DNA from: Armatimonadota bacterium
GTDB taxonomy: Bacteria; Armatimonadota; Fimbriimonadia; Fimbriimonadales; GBS-DC
Assembly (NCBI GenBank): GCA_037445735.1
Contig: JBBIJY010000004.1
Span: 32,001-96,000, forward strand
Direction: 5' to 3'
Length of the DNA: 64,000 bases
The first letter of the stretch is position 1, and the number at the start of each line of letters is the position of its first letter. Below the pieces are notes generated by a model that was not told where the DNA came from, did not search any database, and saw nothing but the letters and a program-made list of their open reading frames with translations. The translations under genes were made by a program, and so were the position numbers. Shown here in pieces: positions 38,627-48,810 of this stretch.

Positions 38627-39527
38627 AGTTGTACTCCTTGCGAGTCTCAAATAGAGTCATCTGCTGGTCTGAACCCGTCCATTCCAGCGAGCCTGTAGGC
38701 CAGATAGCCTCCAGGTTCGGTGTGAAGCGATAGTAGTGGCGAAGGGGCTGAACGGAATCGGCACTGCGCTTCACCCTCAGTCGCCAGCGAATCAGCTCCA
38801 CATTTTTGGGGTCGATTTCAATGCCAACCGAGGATCTGTTCAACTGCTCGGCAACAACCAGCGTGGTGCCCGTGCCTGCAAAGGGATCCAGCACCAGATC
38901 GCCAGGATCGGTGGAGGAGAGGATAATCCGCAACAAAAGCGCGACGGGTGACTGCTGTTTGTGGAACCGTTCCCCGCCTGGTAGTCGAAGCGCTTCTTCT
39001 CCTGCGAAGTAGCCCGAAGTCAGCTCCCGAATGTCGTCCCACACATCGGTGAGATACATTCCGTTCTCACGCTCATATCTGTATTCGGGGCGCAGGGGCG
39101 CATCAACACGCAACCGATGAAACACGCGCGGCTTGCGCCCCTTCGTCGCAAAGGCGATAATCTGATATTGCTTGCCGAAACGCCAGATGCCTGGCACAGC
39201 GGAAGTGCGCTTTGTCCAGATGATCAGGTTCTGAAGCGTCCAGCCTGTCTCACGCAGGCAACGCAGCACATACTCCGTGTTCTTCTCGCGCTGCATGAAG
39301 TAGATGGCGCCGCCGTCGGCGGTCAGCGCATACACACGCTGGCAGACCTGCACCATCCAGCGCCAGTATTCCTGCTGCGGCAGGCTGTCTTCAAAGAAGT
39401 CATACTCCTTGCCCTGATTGAACGGCGGATCCAGGAAGGTAAGGCAAATTTCGCCCTTAATCCCTGCCTGCTCCAGAACTGCCCGCTGCAGCAGTTCCAG
39501 ACAATCGCCCTGCAGAACCTGCGTCAT
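38613..39527 (-). CDS. Site-specific DNA methyltransferase (N4/N6, beta class)
   Basis: GDCLE, DPPF (motif IV) before VLDPFAGTGTT (motif I), H..Q.P..LL.RII; SD GGAGG. Confidence 0.92.
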   Translation of the reverse strand: MTQVLQGDCLELLQRAVLEQAGIKGEICLTFLDPPFNQGKEYDFFEDSLPQQEYWRWMVQVCQRVYALTADGGAIYFMQREKNTEYVLRCLRETGWTLQNLIIWTKRTSAVPGIWRFGKQYQIIAFATKGRKPRVFHRLRVDAPLRPEYRYERENGMYLTDVWDDIRELTSGYFAGEEALRLPGGERFHKQQSPVALLLRIILSSTDPGDLVLDPFAGTGTTLVVAEQLNRSSVGIEIDPKNVELIRWRLRVKRSADSVQPLRHYYRFTPNLEAIWPTGSLEWTGSDQQMTLFETRKEYNCGNF

Positions 39528-39641
39528 TTTTCTCAACCTCCCCATGCGGTACTGTGGTGTGGAAACAGTTGACCCGCACCACCCGCTGCGGTTCCAGCAG
39601 GGATTGTACCCGTCGGGGGGCTTCGGGTACAATCTCGCGCG

Positions 39642-40808
39642 ATGGCGTTTCGGGTCTTTTGCGGGCAGCTCATCACCGATGGGCAACTCTATCGGGATGT
39701 GGCGCTGCTCATCGATAAAGGGCGTGTGGTAGCGTGGGAATCCTTTAATAATAAGGGCGACCTGCGCATCGAGCCGCCCGATGTGGATGCGCGTGCCTGC
39801 GCCGTATTGCCAGGCATGATCGATATTCACATTCATGGTGGGGGTGGGCGCGACCTGATGGAGGGCACTGTCGAAGCGGTGCAGGCGGTCGCCCGCCATC
39901 TTGCCCGCCACGGCGTGACGGGCTTTCTGGTGACGCCGCTGACGGGTCCGTGGGAGGCGATTCGGGCGACGATTCGCGCCGCGCAGCAGGTACGCCAGCA
40001 CGGTTCCGACGGCGCTCAGGTGCTGGGCTGCCATCTGGAGGGTCCCTTTATCAATCCTGTGCGAGCGGGCGCTCAGCCGCCCGAATATATTCGCCCTGCC
40101 AGTGTTGCTGAGCTGGAACGCGAGCTGGGTCCGCTGCTGGAGGAGGTGCGCATCGTGACGCTGGCGCCCGAGATCGAAGGCGGCTACGAGCTGACTCGCT
40201 ACCTGGCGAATCAGGGCGTGATTGTGTCCATCGGGCACACCGACGCCCGCTATGAAGAGGTCACCCGCGCGATTGATCTGGGCGCCCGCCACGCCACGCA
40301 CTGCTATAACGCCATGCGCCCGTTCCAGCATCGGGAGCCGGGCACGGTGGGCGCAGTGCTGGCGCATCCCGAGCTGAAAGCTGAACTCATCTGGGACAAC
40401 ATCCACACGCATCCTGCCGCCGCCCGCCTGCTGGTTCAGGCGAAGGGCGTGGAGGGCGTCATCTGCATCTCGGATGGCACCACGGGCGTCGGCATGCCCG
40501 ACGGCTATCGGTTCGAGCTGTGGGGGCATGCGGCGGTGGTTCAGGCGGGCGCGGCACGCCTTGTCGAGAACGGCTCGCTGGCAGGCAGCGCGATTGCGAT
40601 GGATGCCTGCCTGCGTCATTGCGCCCACACTTTTAGCCTTGCTGCCGCCTCCATGCTCTGCTGTGCGAACCCTGCGCGGGCGCTGGGGCTGGAAGGGCGC
40701 AAGGGCACGCTGCGCCCGGGCGCCGACGCCGACCTCGTCCTCTGGAACCCCGAACGCCAGCAGGTGGAAAGCACCTACATCAGCGGGCAACGGCAGGAAT
40801 CTCCATGA
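39642..40808 (+). CDS. nagA: N-acetylglucosamine-6-phosphate deacetylase
   Basis: PGMIDIHIHG, HLEGPF, TLAPE, GHT, THCYNAM, SDG, LAGS. Confidence 0.94.
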   Translation: MAFRVFCGQLITDGQLYRDVALLIDKGRVVAWESFNNKGDLRIEPPDVDARACAVLPGMIDIHIHGGGGRDLMEGTVEAVQAVARHLARHGVTGFLVTPLTGPWEAIRATIRAAQQVRQHGSDGAQVLGCHLEGPFINPVRAGAQPPEYIRPASVAELERELGPLLEEVRIVTLAPEIEGGYELTRYLANQGVIVSIGHTDARYEEVTRAIDLGARHATHCYNAMRPFQHREPGTVGAVLAHPELKAELIWDNIHTHPAAARLLVQAKGVEGVICISDGTTGVGMPDGYRFELWGHAAVVQAGAARLVENGSLAGSAIAMDACLRHCAHTFSLAAASMLCCANPARALGLEGRKGTLRPGADADLVLWNPERQQVESTYISGQRQESP

Positions 40809-40992
40809 AAGTGTCGAATAACCTGATAGGGCAGATTATCGAGCGGTTCAACTGGGCTGACATGCCGCTCGCCAGGGGAGAAGAGCCTCTCCCGTGCGTG
40901 CGCGTTTGGTCGGCAGCTGCCCCAAATGGCAGGAATCGCTACGAGCATAGCGAATCTTGTTCGAATGCACTCTACGAGGAGGTTATAGAGCG

Positions 40993-42483
40993 ATGTGGTA
41001 CGACGAGCCAGTAGACGAGCAACGACCGGACACGACCAGTACCGACGGGTATCCAGAACCGGGTGATACGGACGCGACGAACACGCCAGAGGGTGCGGCG
41101 AGCGAGGCACCTGCGGACCGCCTCGCCGAATCGCCAGCCCCAGCAGCAACCAGCGAGCAAGAGGTCTCGATGGAGGAAGCCCTCGAACAGAGCTTTCGCT
41201 CGTTTGAACAGGGCGAGATCGTGCGCGCGACGGTGGTGCAGGTCGACCGCGAGGGCGCATTAGTCGATGTCGGCACCAAGACGGAGGTCAAAATCCCGCT
41301 GTCGGAGCTGTCGGGCGAGCGTGTCAGCTCCGCTGAAGAGGTGGTGCAGGTTGGTGACGAGATCGAAGTGATGGTGGTGCGCCCGCGCGGTGAAGAGGGT
41401 GCACCCGTGCTGTCTAAACGACTCGCCGACTTCGAACGCCTCTGGCAGAGCATCGTGGACGCCTATGAGAAGGGAGAAACACTGGAAGCGATGGTTACCG
41501 AGCGGGTCAAAGGCGGTGTGGTGGTCGATATCGGCGTGCGCTGCTTTGTGCCTGCCAGCCTGATCGCTCGCAAGCTGCCACCGCAGCAACTGGATCGGCT
41601 CATCGGCGAGACCCTGCCCATTAAGATTATCGATCTGGACCATGAGCGTCGGAAGGCGGTGGCATCGAATGTGGCGGCGGAGGAAGAGCGGCGGCGCCAG
41701 CGCGAAGCCGAGGAGCGTGCCCGCCGGGAGCAGATTTTCAGCCAGCTGCAGGTCGGACAGCGGCTCAAAGGCAGGGTCAAGCGGTTCACCGGCTACGGTG
41801 CCTTCGTGGACATCGGCGGCTACGAAGGGCTGCTGCATGTGAGCGAAATCAGCTGGACGCGCATCGAGAACCCGCGCGACGCGCTCAAAATCGGCGAGGA
41901 GCTCGAAGTGGTGGTGATTCGGCTGGAGCCGGAGCGGGGCAAAGTGGCGCTCAGCCGCCGCCAGCTGCTGCCCGATCCGTGGACGGAAGTCGCCCAGCGC
42001 TATCGCGTGGGTGAGGTGCTGGAGCTGCCCATCTCGCGCGTGGAGCGCACAGGCGCCTTTGTGAGACTGCCCGAAGGCGTGGAAGGGTTCATTCCGCTCT
42101 CCGAGCTGACCAGCAAGCGGGGCGTGCGCAGCGCCCAGGAGGTGACATCGGTCGGGGAAACCGTCAAAGCGCGTATCACGGAGATCGATCCGCGCCGACG
42201 GCGCATGGTGCTGAGCGTGCGTAATGCCGAAGAGCAGGCAGCCGTGCAGGAACATGCCCGCCAGCGCGCCGCGCAACCCGCCCGAACCGGCGGCTTCACC
42301 ATCGGGCAACGCCTCCAGTCACAACTGCAGGAACTGCAGCAGAGCCTTGCGCCTTCCGAAGACAGCGAGCAGGCAAACGCCGAATCGCCCGTTGCTACCG
42401 ATGAACCCTCCGAGCAGGAACCGTCCAGCGATGCAGGAACTTCAGAGGCAGCCGACGAACAGGAATCGGCGAAGACGGAATGA
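40993..42483 (+). CDS. rpsA: 30S ribosomal protein S1
   Basis: Four S1 domains (VKGG, FVPAS, GAFVDIGG..GLLHVSEISW, GAFV.L.EGVEG), acidic tails; SD GAGGAGG. Confidence 0.9.
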   Translation: MWYDEPVDEQRPDTTSTDGYPEPGDTDATNTPEGAASEAPADRLAESPAPAATSEQEVSMEEALEQSFRSFEQGEIVRATVVQVDREGALVDVGTKTEVKIPLSELSGERVSSAEEVVQVGDEIEVMVVRPRGEEGAPVLSKRLADFERLWQSIVDAYEKGETLEAMVTERVKGGVVVDIGVRCFVPASLIARKLPPQQLDRLIGETLPIKIIDLDHERRKAVASNVAAEEERRRQREAEERARREQIFSQLQVGQRLKGRVKRFTGYGAFVDIGGYEGLLHVSEISWTRIENPRDALKIGEELEVVVIRLEPERGKVALSRRQLLPDPWTEVAQRYRVGEVLELPISRVERTGAFVRLPEGVEGFIPLSELTSKRGVRSAQEVTSVGETVKARITEIDPRRRRMVLSVRNAEEQAAVQEHARQRAAQPARTGGFTIGQRLQSQLQELQQSLAPSEDSEQANAESPVATDEPSEQEPSSDAGTSEAADEQESAKTE

Positions 42484-43181
42484 ATCGCTCATCCGTCGTG
42501 GCGCAGCCCACCAGCAGCGGTCAATCGCCGTTGCGGATCGCCATCACGGGCGGCATCGCCGAGGGCAAAACGACCGTTTTGAACCTGTTTGGCGCGCTGG
42601 GCGGGCAAACCATCAGCAGTGACGGGATTGTCGCAACGCTGTTACGTCCAGGGACGGACCTATGGCACGCGCTTATCAGGGAATTTGGGGAGACAGTATG
42701 CACATCGGCGGGCGAGCTGAACCGCGAGCGGCTCGCCGCGCTCGCTTTTGGCGACCCGCGCCAGCGCCGACGCCTCAACCAGCTGCTGCACCCAGCGGTG
42801 GTGCAGGCAATCGAAGAATCGATTGCCCGCAGCGACAGGGATGTGCCGCTGTTTATCGAAGTGCCGTTGCTGATCGAGGTGGGCTTGCAGGGGCTGTTCG
42901 ATCGGGTGATCGTGGTTCAGGCGACGCCTGCTCTTCAGCGGCAACGATTGCTCATGCGGGGCGTCTCGCCGGCGCTGGCGCGCCAGATGCTGCGCTCGCA
43001 GCTGCCTACCCGCGCCAAAGTGCCCTTCGCCGACTGGATTGTGCGCACCCAGCGCTCGCTCGCCGAAGTGGAGCAACAGGTGCGCCGAATCTGGCAATCG
43101 TTGCCGAGGGGCAGGGTATACTTATCTGCCCTCGAAGAGGGACGCGCTTCGTCTCGAAGCGCAACCATTCGGGGCGATTAG
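42480..43181 (+). CDS. coaE: Dephospho-CoA kinase
   Basis: ITGGIAEGKTT, LNRERLA, LLHP, EVPLLIE; follows rpsA. Confidence 0.9.
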   Translation: MNRSSVVAQPTSSGQSPLRIAITGGIAEGKTTVLNLFGALGGQTISSDGIVATLLRPGTDLWHALIREFGETVCTSAGELNRERLAALAFGDPRQRRRLNQLLHPAVVQAIEESIARSDRDVPLFIEVPLLIEVGLQGLFDRVIVVQATPALQRQRLLMRGVSPALARQMLRSQLPTRAKVPFADWIVRTQRSLAEVEQQVRRIWQSLPRGRVYLSALEEGRASSRSATIRGD

Positions 43182-43256
43182 CCGTCAAAAAAGCAGGCAG
43201 GAATAGGGGAACGCCTGCCGAACCAATTGGACGCAGAAGAGGAGGTTTAGTCAACA

Positions 43257-46200
43257 GTGGCTAAGCGATGGTGGCTGATTCTGACGGCACTGATCATCGG
43301 GAGCGTTGCTTTTGGGCAGAACACGGCAAGCGAGCGTCCGTGGGAGGAGGTGTACCGCAACCGTCCCAATCGGCACGTGCTGCCGAACGCGCGTCCGCGC
43401 ACGATTCCACGCCAGAACTATCGGGAGGTGCCGCCCTTCCCCCGCTGGCAGGGGAGCCTTCAATGGCAAAAGGGCGGACTGTTCGATCCGCAGCGATTCC
43501 ATCAACAGCGGCAGTCTCAACAGCAGCGTTCGCGCGCGCCGCGCTGGGATCGCGACCTGACCAACGCGCCCACCGACGAGCTGCATCCTGTCTATGCATC
43601 GCGTGCTACCCGCATGTTCTTTGCCAGCAACGCCACCGCCGTCGTGGATGGACGCCTGGCAAACCCCGGTCCCTATTATCATATCTGGCGCGGCGACCTG
43701 GACGACGGCAGCAACCCCGACCTGGGGCAGCTGACCAACTACACCCAGATCACGGGCGATACTCCCGATGAGCAGTTCTCGTCCCAGATTCAGCCCAGCA
43801 CCAACGCGAACGGGCACCTCCTCGCCTATGCCTCCCGCTCCGCTGCCGGGAGCTATAACATCATCATTCGGAACCTGACCACCAACCAGCGGGTGATTCT
43901 CACCACCGACAACAACGGCGTGACGCAGAACCTGCGTCCAACGCTGGATCCGGGCGGAGGGCTGGTTATTTTCTCTTCGAATCGGCTGGAGGCAGGCGAG
44001 ACGGAAGCCGACCGCCGATTTCGGCTCTACATGGCACGCGCGGATGGGCGTCCCTTCGATGACGGGCTCTTCCTGAAACGCCTCACGACCCCTGCCCCTG
44101 GCGAGAACGACATCGAACCGGCATGGTCGCCCGATGGCAGTCGGGTGGCGTTCGTGCGAACCTTTGCGGACGGCAGCAGCTACATCTTTATGCTGGATGT
44201 GCGCAACCTCAATATCGGGCAATGGACGAACTTCGTGGATAACAACAATAACCGTCCGCAAGATCGCCAGCCTGCGTGGACCATCGACACCGACGGCTCC
44301 CTGCATCTGGTGTTTGCCTCCACGCGCAAGTCGCTCGATAATCAGGGGCGCCACCAGCGACAGCAGCCGTCGAACAGCGTGGACACCACCAATCGGATTT
44401 TCGATATCTATGAGATTGGCACCGACATCCCTGAGGAGCTGGGCGCCGTTGTACGCTCCATCACCGCCGATCCCAGCACGCCCGCACTGGCACGCCCCAA
44501 CTACCCGGGCGACACCGAGCAGCTGGCAGGCGCCCTGTATCCGACGGGCGCCTTCCGCGAGCGCAACCGCGTCGCCTATCAGTCCACTCGCCTCAACGAA
44601 CAACAAAACCAGGGCCCACACGACCTCTGGGAGACCTTCCGAACCGACACTATCCCACCCGTAATGGAGTTACTGCCCGTCGTCAACCCGAAAGAGGTCT
44701 ATCCGCCCGGCTCGAATGTGACTATCCGCATCCGCGTGGTGGACTTCCAGAGCGGAGTTCAGTTCGTGCGCATCCAGATCAAAGACCCCGATAGCGCCGA
44801 ACAGGACGAGGAAGGGCTGGAACATAAAATTTATCTTTTCTCGACAGAGGTGGTTGATACCCAAAATATTATTATTCCGGTATTTATCGAGATCGGTCAG
44901 CAGGCGATTCACCCGGAGACCTATGAGTATAAAGACCCCTATGTGCTGGCGCCGCTGGGCTTCAATGGTCGCTTGGAAGACACACTGGCATTGCGGTATG
45001 TGCCCGATGATCCGAACAACCCTGATCCCACCCAATCGGGCTGGTGGGAGGTCACCTGGCGCACGCCCGATGTCGCCAGCGATTTCTACATCGATGTTAT
45101 CGTGCGCGACAATGCGGGGAATGAGTTCCTCTACGACAATATCTCCGGCTTCACCACGAAGATATTCACGGGTGGCAACCGCATCCTGCTGGTGTCGGAC
45201 TATGCGGCGGGACAGATGTTCGTGCAGAACCGAATCGGTGTGGTGGGCAACTCGGTGGGACGCCCGACCTGGCTCCCTGTGGAAAGCTACTGGACTGATA
45301 ACCCGACAGGCAAGCCACCGTTTGATATTGCCATTAGTCCAGCTGGTGTGCCTATCATCGGGGACGGAGCCATTCCCAGCCCCACGGTACCGTTCCAATT
45401 CATTCGCTCCGACACGCTGGGGAGCAACACGACCTACGGTAACCTGTACGAGATCTGGCGGGTGCAGTGTCGGAACCCGATCTCGCCCTCGGTGCTGGCA
45501 GGCTATCTACCCCGCTATGAGCGGGAGCCAACCGATTTGCAGGGTGGATTCCGCACCAAGTTGCATGCCGAGCGTATTGTGGTATGGGCAAGCCCCTACA
45601 CGGGTGACCTGTGGGCAGGAGCAGGGCATCTGCTGGATCCTGAAGTCCAGACACTATTGCGGAACTTCCTGGCAGGAGCGGGTCGCCTGGTGGTCAGTGG
45701 TCAGGATGTCGCCTGGGCGCTGACCCTCGCAGGTGGTACTGCCAACGAGTTCCTCCAGCAGATTTTGCAGGCACAGTTCGACACCGACACAGCCGAAGAT
45801 GTGTTCCTGCCCATCCCGTTCGCTCGCCTGCGCCACCAGCTCGACTCCAGCGGGCTGGAAACCAACCCCGATAATAACGATCCGAACCCGATTGCCTTCA
45901 ACCCCGGCGGAATGCCCATCTGGTTCATCGTGGACGGTGGGGTTCAAGCCTCACCAGAAAATCTGCAAATCGCTGACCCCGCCACGATGTTGCCCAGTAG
46001 TGCGATCCTGCGTATCATACCGCCAACCGCACTTAACGGCATCAACAGCGACGGCGCCTGGAACCAGATCTGGCTTGACACGATCTTCACCAATCCGAAC
46101 GAACGAGCGCCCTACAAGTACACCAACCCTGGCATCACGAACGATGCTCAGCGCCAGCGTGCGGGTACCTACTACGAGAACACAGCCAACAAATCCAAAA

Positions 46201-48722
46201 TCCTCTACCTTGCTTTCGGGCTGGAAGGTGTCGACTCGGGCTACGAGGAGATTGCTGGCGTCATCTGGTGCAGCGCCTTCCGCAATAAGGTGTTGCATAA
46301 CGCCTTCGGCTGGATGACGCACAGCGTGCTGCGCGGCGTCGTGCGCGAGTACGATCCCGAAACCCGCACCTATCAACCGCTGCCGCGTGCCTTCGTGCGG
46401 GTCACGGGCATTCTGCCGAACAGTGTCAACGGTGTGGAGGTGGGCTACGCCATCACCGACTCGGCAGGTGAATACACCATCTTCGGAATAGAGGCGGGGC
46501 TTTACCTGGTGGACGCCATTCGCCCTGGCTATCGTGTGCAGCACCCGGAGACCGTGATTTTAGTCGCGCAGGAGTTTGAGCTGAATCTGGTGATGCTGAA
46601 GGTGCCGCCCGGGCAAATCAGCGGGCGGGTCATCGATATTAACAATCAGCCCGTGCGCTATGCCCTGGTACGAGCCACCAATGTGGACGACCCAACCCTC
46701 ACCATCGAGGTGTTGAGCGATCCCGACGGCAACTTCCTGATGCCACGCGTGCCAGTGGGTACCTGGAATGTGGCCGTGGTCTCGCTGGCGCTGGGTGGCT
46801 ACACACTACCGCCTGTTCGCCCGCAGCCCGACGGCGTGTTCCGCAATGTGCAGGTGCAAGCAGGTCAGACCACGCAACTACCCGAACCCTTCGTGCTGGA
46901 GCCACTGCCCGGCACCATTCGCGGGCAGGTCACCCGCGCCGATAACGGGCAGCCAATTCAGGGCGCGCGCGTGGTCGCCATCGCCAATAATGTGGAGCGC
47001 GGCTCCGCCACCACCGACGCCAGCGGCAACTACAGCTTCCAGGTGCCCGGCGGCGAATACCAGGTGACGGCGACGGCGCCCGGCTTCGCACCCAGCACCC
47101 AAACCGTCACCGTGCCCCGCGAAGGCGAAGTGGTGGTGAACTTCCAGCTGGCGAAACTGCCACCAGGGCGCGTGACGGGGCGCGTGGTGCGCAAGTTCGG
47201 CGGCGCACCCGAGCCCGGTGTCACGATCGAACTGCTCTTTGGCAACACAGCAGTGTATCGCACGCAAACCGATTCGAGCGGAACCTATACGCTCAATAGC
47301 GTGGAGCCGGGCGACTATGTGGTGCGCCCGACCAAGACAGGCTTCACCTTCGAGCCGCCTACACGCACCATCACGGTTCAACCGAACCAGACGACCACCG
47401 TAGGCGACTTCAAGTCGCAGCCGTTGCGCACCTTCTTCCGCGGGCGCAGCCTGGTGTCGGCGCCCTTCGATTACAGTCAGGATATTGCCGACCTGCTCGA
47501 TGTGCCACCCGACCAGCGGCGCTTCCCTGACTTCCGATTCTTCACCTGGGACACGGTGAACAGCCGCTACATCTTCTATCCCGACGCGCCCGCCAACCGC
47601 TTCGCGCTCGGACGCGGCTACTTCATCGAGACCACGCAGGACCTGCCGCTGGCAACCGAAGGCACACCCGCCGACGAGAATCAGAGCTTCCCGATACCTC
47701 TGCGACGCGGCTGGAACCTGATTGGCACGCCGTTCCGATTCGACATCGACTGGGAACAGACCCAGGTGATTGACCCCGACACCAACACGCCCATCTCCAA
47801 CGCGACGGCGGTCGGCAAGCAGATTATCGCGAATGCGCTGTGGGGCTATGCGTTCGGCACCTACAACGCCACCCGCCGCATGAAAATCTGGGAGGGCTAC
47901 TGGGTCTACGCCTATAAGGACACCACGCTGCTGATCCCGCCCACAGCGCGGGCGCGCTCGGCGGTCAGTCGCAGTGTGGACGCACCGACGCCTGCTGGCT
48001 GGACGCTCGCGCTGCAGGTGCAATCGGGCGAGCTGATGGATCAGGCGTACATCGGTGTCTCGCGTGGCGCATCGCCGGGCTATGACGCCGCGCACGACCT
48101 GCTCAAGCCGCCGCCCGTCGGGCGCGACTATGTGTATATCAGCATGCCGCGCCTGAACTGGGGCGCGCAGAGCGGTATGTACGGCGTGGATGTGCAGGCG
48201 CCCTCGCGCAGCGCGAGCTGGGAGTTCACCGTCGAGACCACCCAGCCCAATCGCGAAATCACCCTGCGCTGGCCCAACATCCACCTGCTGCCCCGCTCGG
48301 CGAACCTGGTGCTGGTGGACCTGCAGACGGGCGCCCGCCGCTACCTGCGCACCACCGGCTCCTACACCTTCCGCAGCCCGCAAAACGGTGTCAGCCGATT
48401 CCGAATCGAGCTGGCGTCCAGTGCAGGGCTGTTGCGCATCGGCAATGTGCAGGTTACAGGTGGGCGTGGCAACCAGCGCACCATCACCTTCACCCTGACG
48501 GGCGAGGCGAGCGTGGAGGTCAGCGTGCTGGCAGGCGGCAGAGTGGTGCGCCAGCTGCTGACCAGTGCCGGACGCAGCGCGGGCGTGCAACAGGTCAGCT
48601 GGGATGGGCGCGACCAGAACGGCATCGCGCTACCACCTGGCACCTACACCGTCGAAATTCGAGCGGTGAGCGAGGATGGGCAGGTGGCACGCGCCGCCAC
48701 CACCATCATCCTCACCCGATAA
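43257..48722 (+). CDS. Large secreted protein: PD40/TolB-like propeller, four carboxypeptidase-regulatory-like repeats, C-terminal module with FlgD-Ig
   Basis: Signal peptide (AFG), PAWSPDG repeats, GxIxGxV..TD..G.Y repeats, WDGRDQNG..LPPGTY. Confidence 0.85.
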   Translation: MAKRWWLILTALIIGSVAFGQNTASERPWEEVYRNRPNRHVLPNARPRTIPRQNYREVPPFPRWQGSLQWQKGGLFDPQRFHQQRQSQQQRSRAPRWDRDLTNAPTDELHPVYASRATRMFFASNATAVVDGRLANPGPYYHIWRGDLDDGSNPDLGQLTNYTQITGDTPDEQFSSQIQPSTNANGHLLAYASRSAAGSYNIIIRNLTTNQRVILTTDNNGVTQNLRPTLDPGGGLVIFSSNRLEAGETEADRRFRLYMARADGRPFDDGLFLKRLTTPAPGENDIEPAWSPDGSRVAFVRTFADGSSYIFMLDVRNLNIGQWTNFVDNNNNRPQDRQPAWTIDTDGSLHLVFASTRKSLDNQGRHQRQQPSNSVDTTNRIFDIYEIGTDIPEELGAVVRSITADPSTPALARPNYPGDTEQLAGALYPTGAFRERNRVAYQSTRLNEQQNQGPHDLWETFRTDTIPPVMELLPVVNPKEVYPPGSNVTIRIRVVDFQSGVQFVRIQIKDPDSAEQDEEGLEHKIYLFSTEVVDTQNIIIPVFIEIGQQAIHPETYEYKDPYVLAPLGFNGRLEDTLALRYVPDDPNNPDPTQSGWWEVTWRTPDVASDFYIDVIVRDNAGNEFLYDNISGFTTKIFTGGNRILLVSDYAAGQMFVQNRIGVVGNSVGRPTWLPVESYWTDNPTGKPPFDIAISPAGVPIIGDGAIPSPTVPFQFIRSDTLGSNTTYGNLYEIWRVQCRNPISPSVLAGYLPRYEREPTDLQGGFRTKLHAERIVVWASPYTGDLWAGAGHLLDPEVQTLLRNFLAGAGRLVVSGQDVAWALTLAGGTANEFLQQILQAQFDTDTAEDVFLPIPFARLRHQLDSSGLETNPDNNDPNPIAFNPGGMPIWFIVDGGVQASPENLQIADPATMLPSSAILRIIPPTALNGINSDGAWNQIWLDTIFTNPNERAPYKYTNPGITNDAQRQRAGTYYENTANKSKILYLAFGLEGVDSGYEEIAGVIWCSAFRNKVLHNAFGWMTHSVLRGVVREYDPETRTYQPLPRAFVRVTGILPNSVNGVEVGYAITDSAGEYTIFGIEAGLYLVDAIRPGYRVQHPETVILVAQEFELNLVMLKVPPGQISGRVIDINNQPVRYALVRATNVDDPTLTIEVLSDPDGNFLMPRVPVGTWNVAVVSLALGGYTLPPVRPQPDGVFRNVQVQAGQTTQLPEPFVLEPLPGTIRGQVTRADNGQPIQGARVVAIANNVERGSATTDASGNYSFQVPGGEYQVTATAPGFAPSTQTVTVPREGEVVVNFQLAKLPPGRVTGRVVRKFGGAPEPGVTIELLFGNTAVYRTQTDSSGTYTLNSVEPGDYVVRPTKTGFTFEPPTRTITVQPNQTTTVGDFKSQPLRTFFRGRSLVSAPFDYSQDIADLLDVPPDQRRFPDFRFFTWDTVNSRYIFYPDAPANRFALGRGYFIETTQDLPLATEGTPADENQSFPIPLRRGWNLIGTPFRFDIDWEQTQVIDPDTNTPISNATAVGKQIIANALWGYAFGTYNATRRMKIWEGYWVYAYKDTTLLIPPTARARSAVSRSVDAPTPAGWTLALQVQSGELMDQAYIGVSRGASPGYDAAHDLLKPPPVGRDYVYISMPRLNWGAQSGMYGVDVQAPSRSASWEFTVETTQPNREITLRWPNIHLLPRSANLVLVDLQTGARRYLRTTGSYTFRSPQNGVSRFRIELASSAGLLRIGNVQVTGGRGNQRTITFTLTGEASVEVSVLAGGRVVRQLLTSAGRSAGVQQVSWDGRDQNGIALPPGTYTVEIRAVSEDGQVARAATTIILTR

Positions 48723-48810
48723 CGCTTTCGCCCGTTCCCCCGCGCGGGGAACGGGCAGGAAGCAAGCCGTTCACAAAGAAAATAGACAACGGTAAGGAGG
48801 AACGACCAGA

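Noticed and set aside
35930-39527. Prophage or integrative element
   Set aside because: No integrase, transposase, tRNA target or flanking direct repeats are visible.
39528-40790. 421-aa N-terminal extension of the MTase ORF
   Set aside because: It is the antisense shadow of nagA; the MTase starts at 39527 with an SD.
40805-41014. 69-aa ORF between nagA and rpsA
   Set aside because: It has no SD or motif and overlaps the rpsA leader and start.
4241-48590. Long antisense ORFs (e.g. 4241-5872, 22666-24336, 43251-44621, 46878-48590)
   Set aside because: They are shadow frames of real high-GC genes with no protein motifs.
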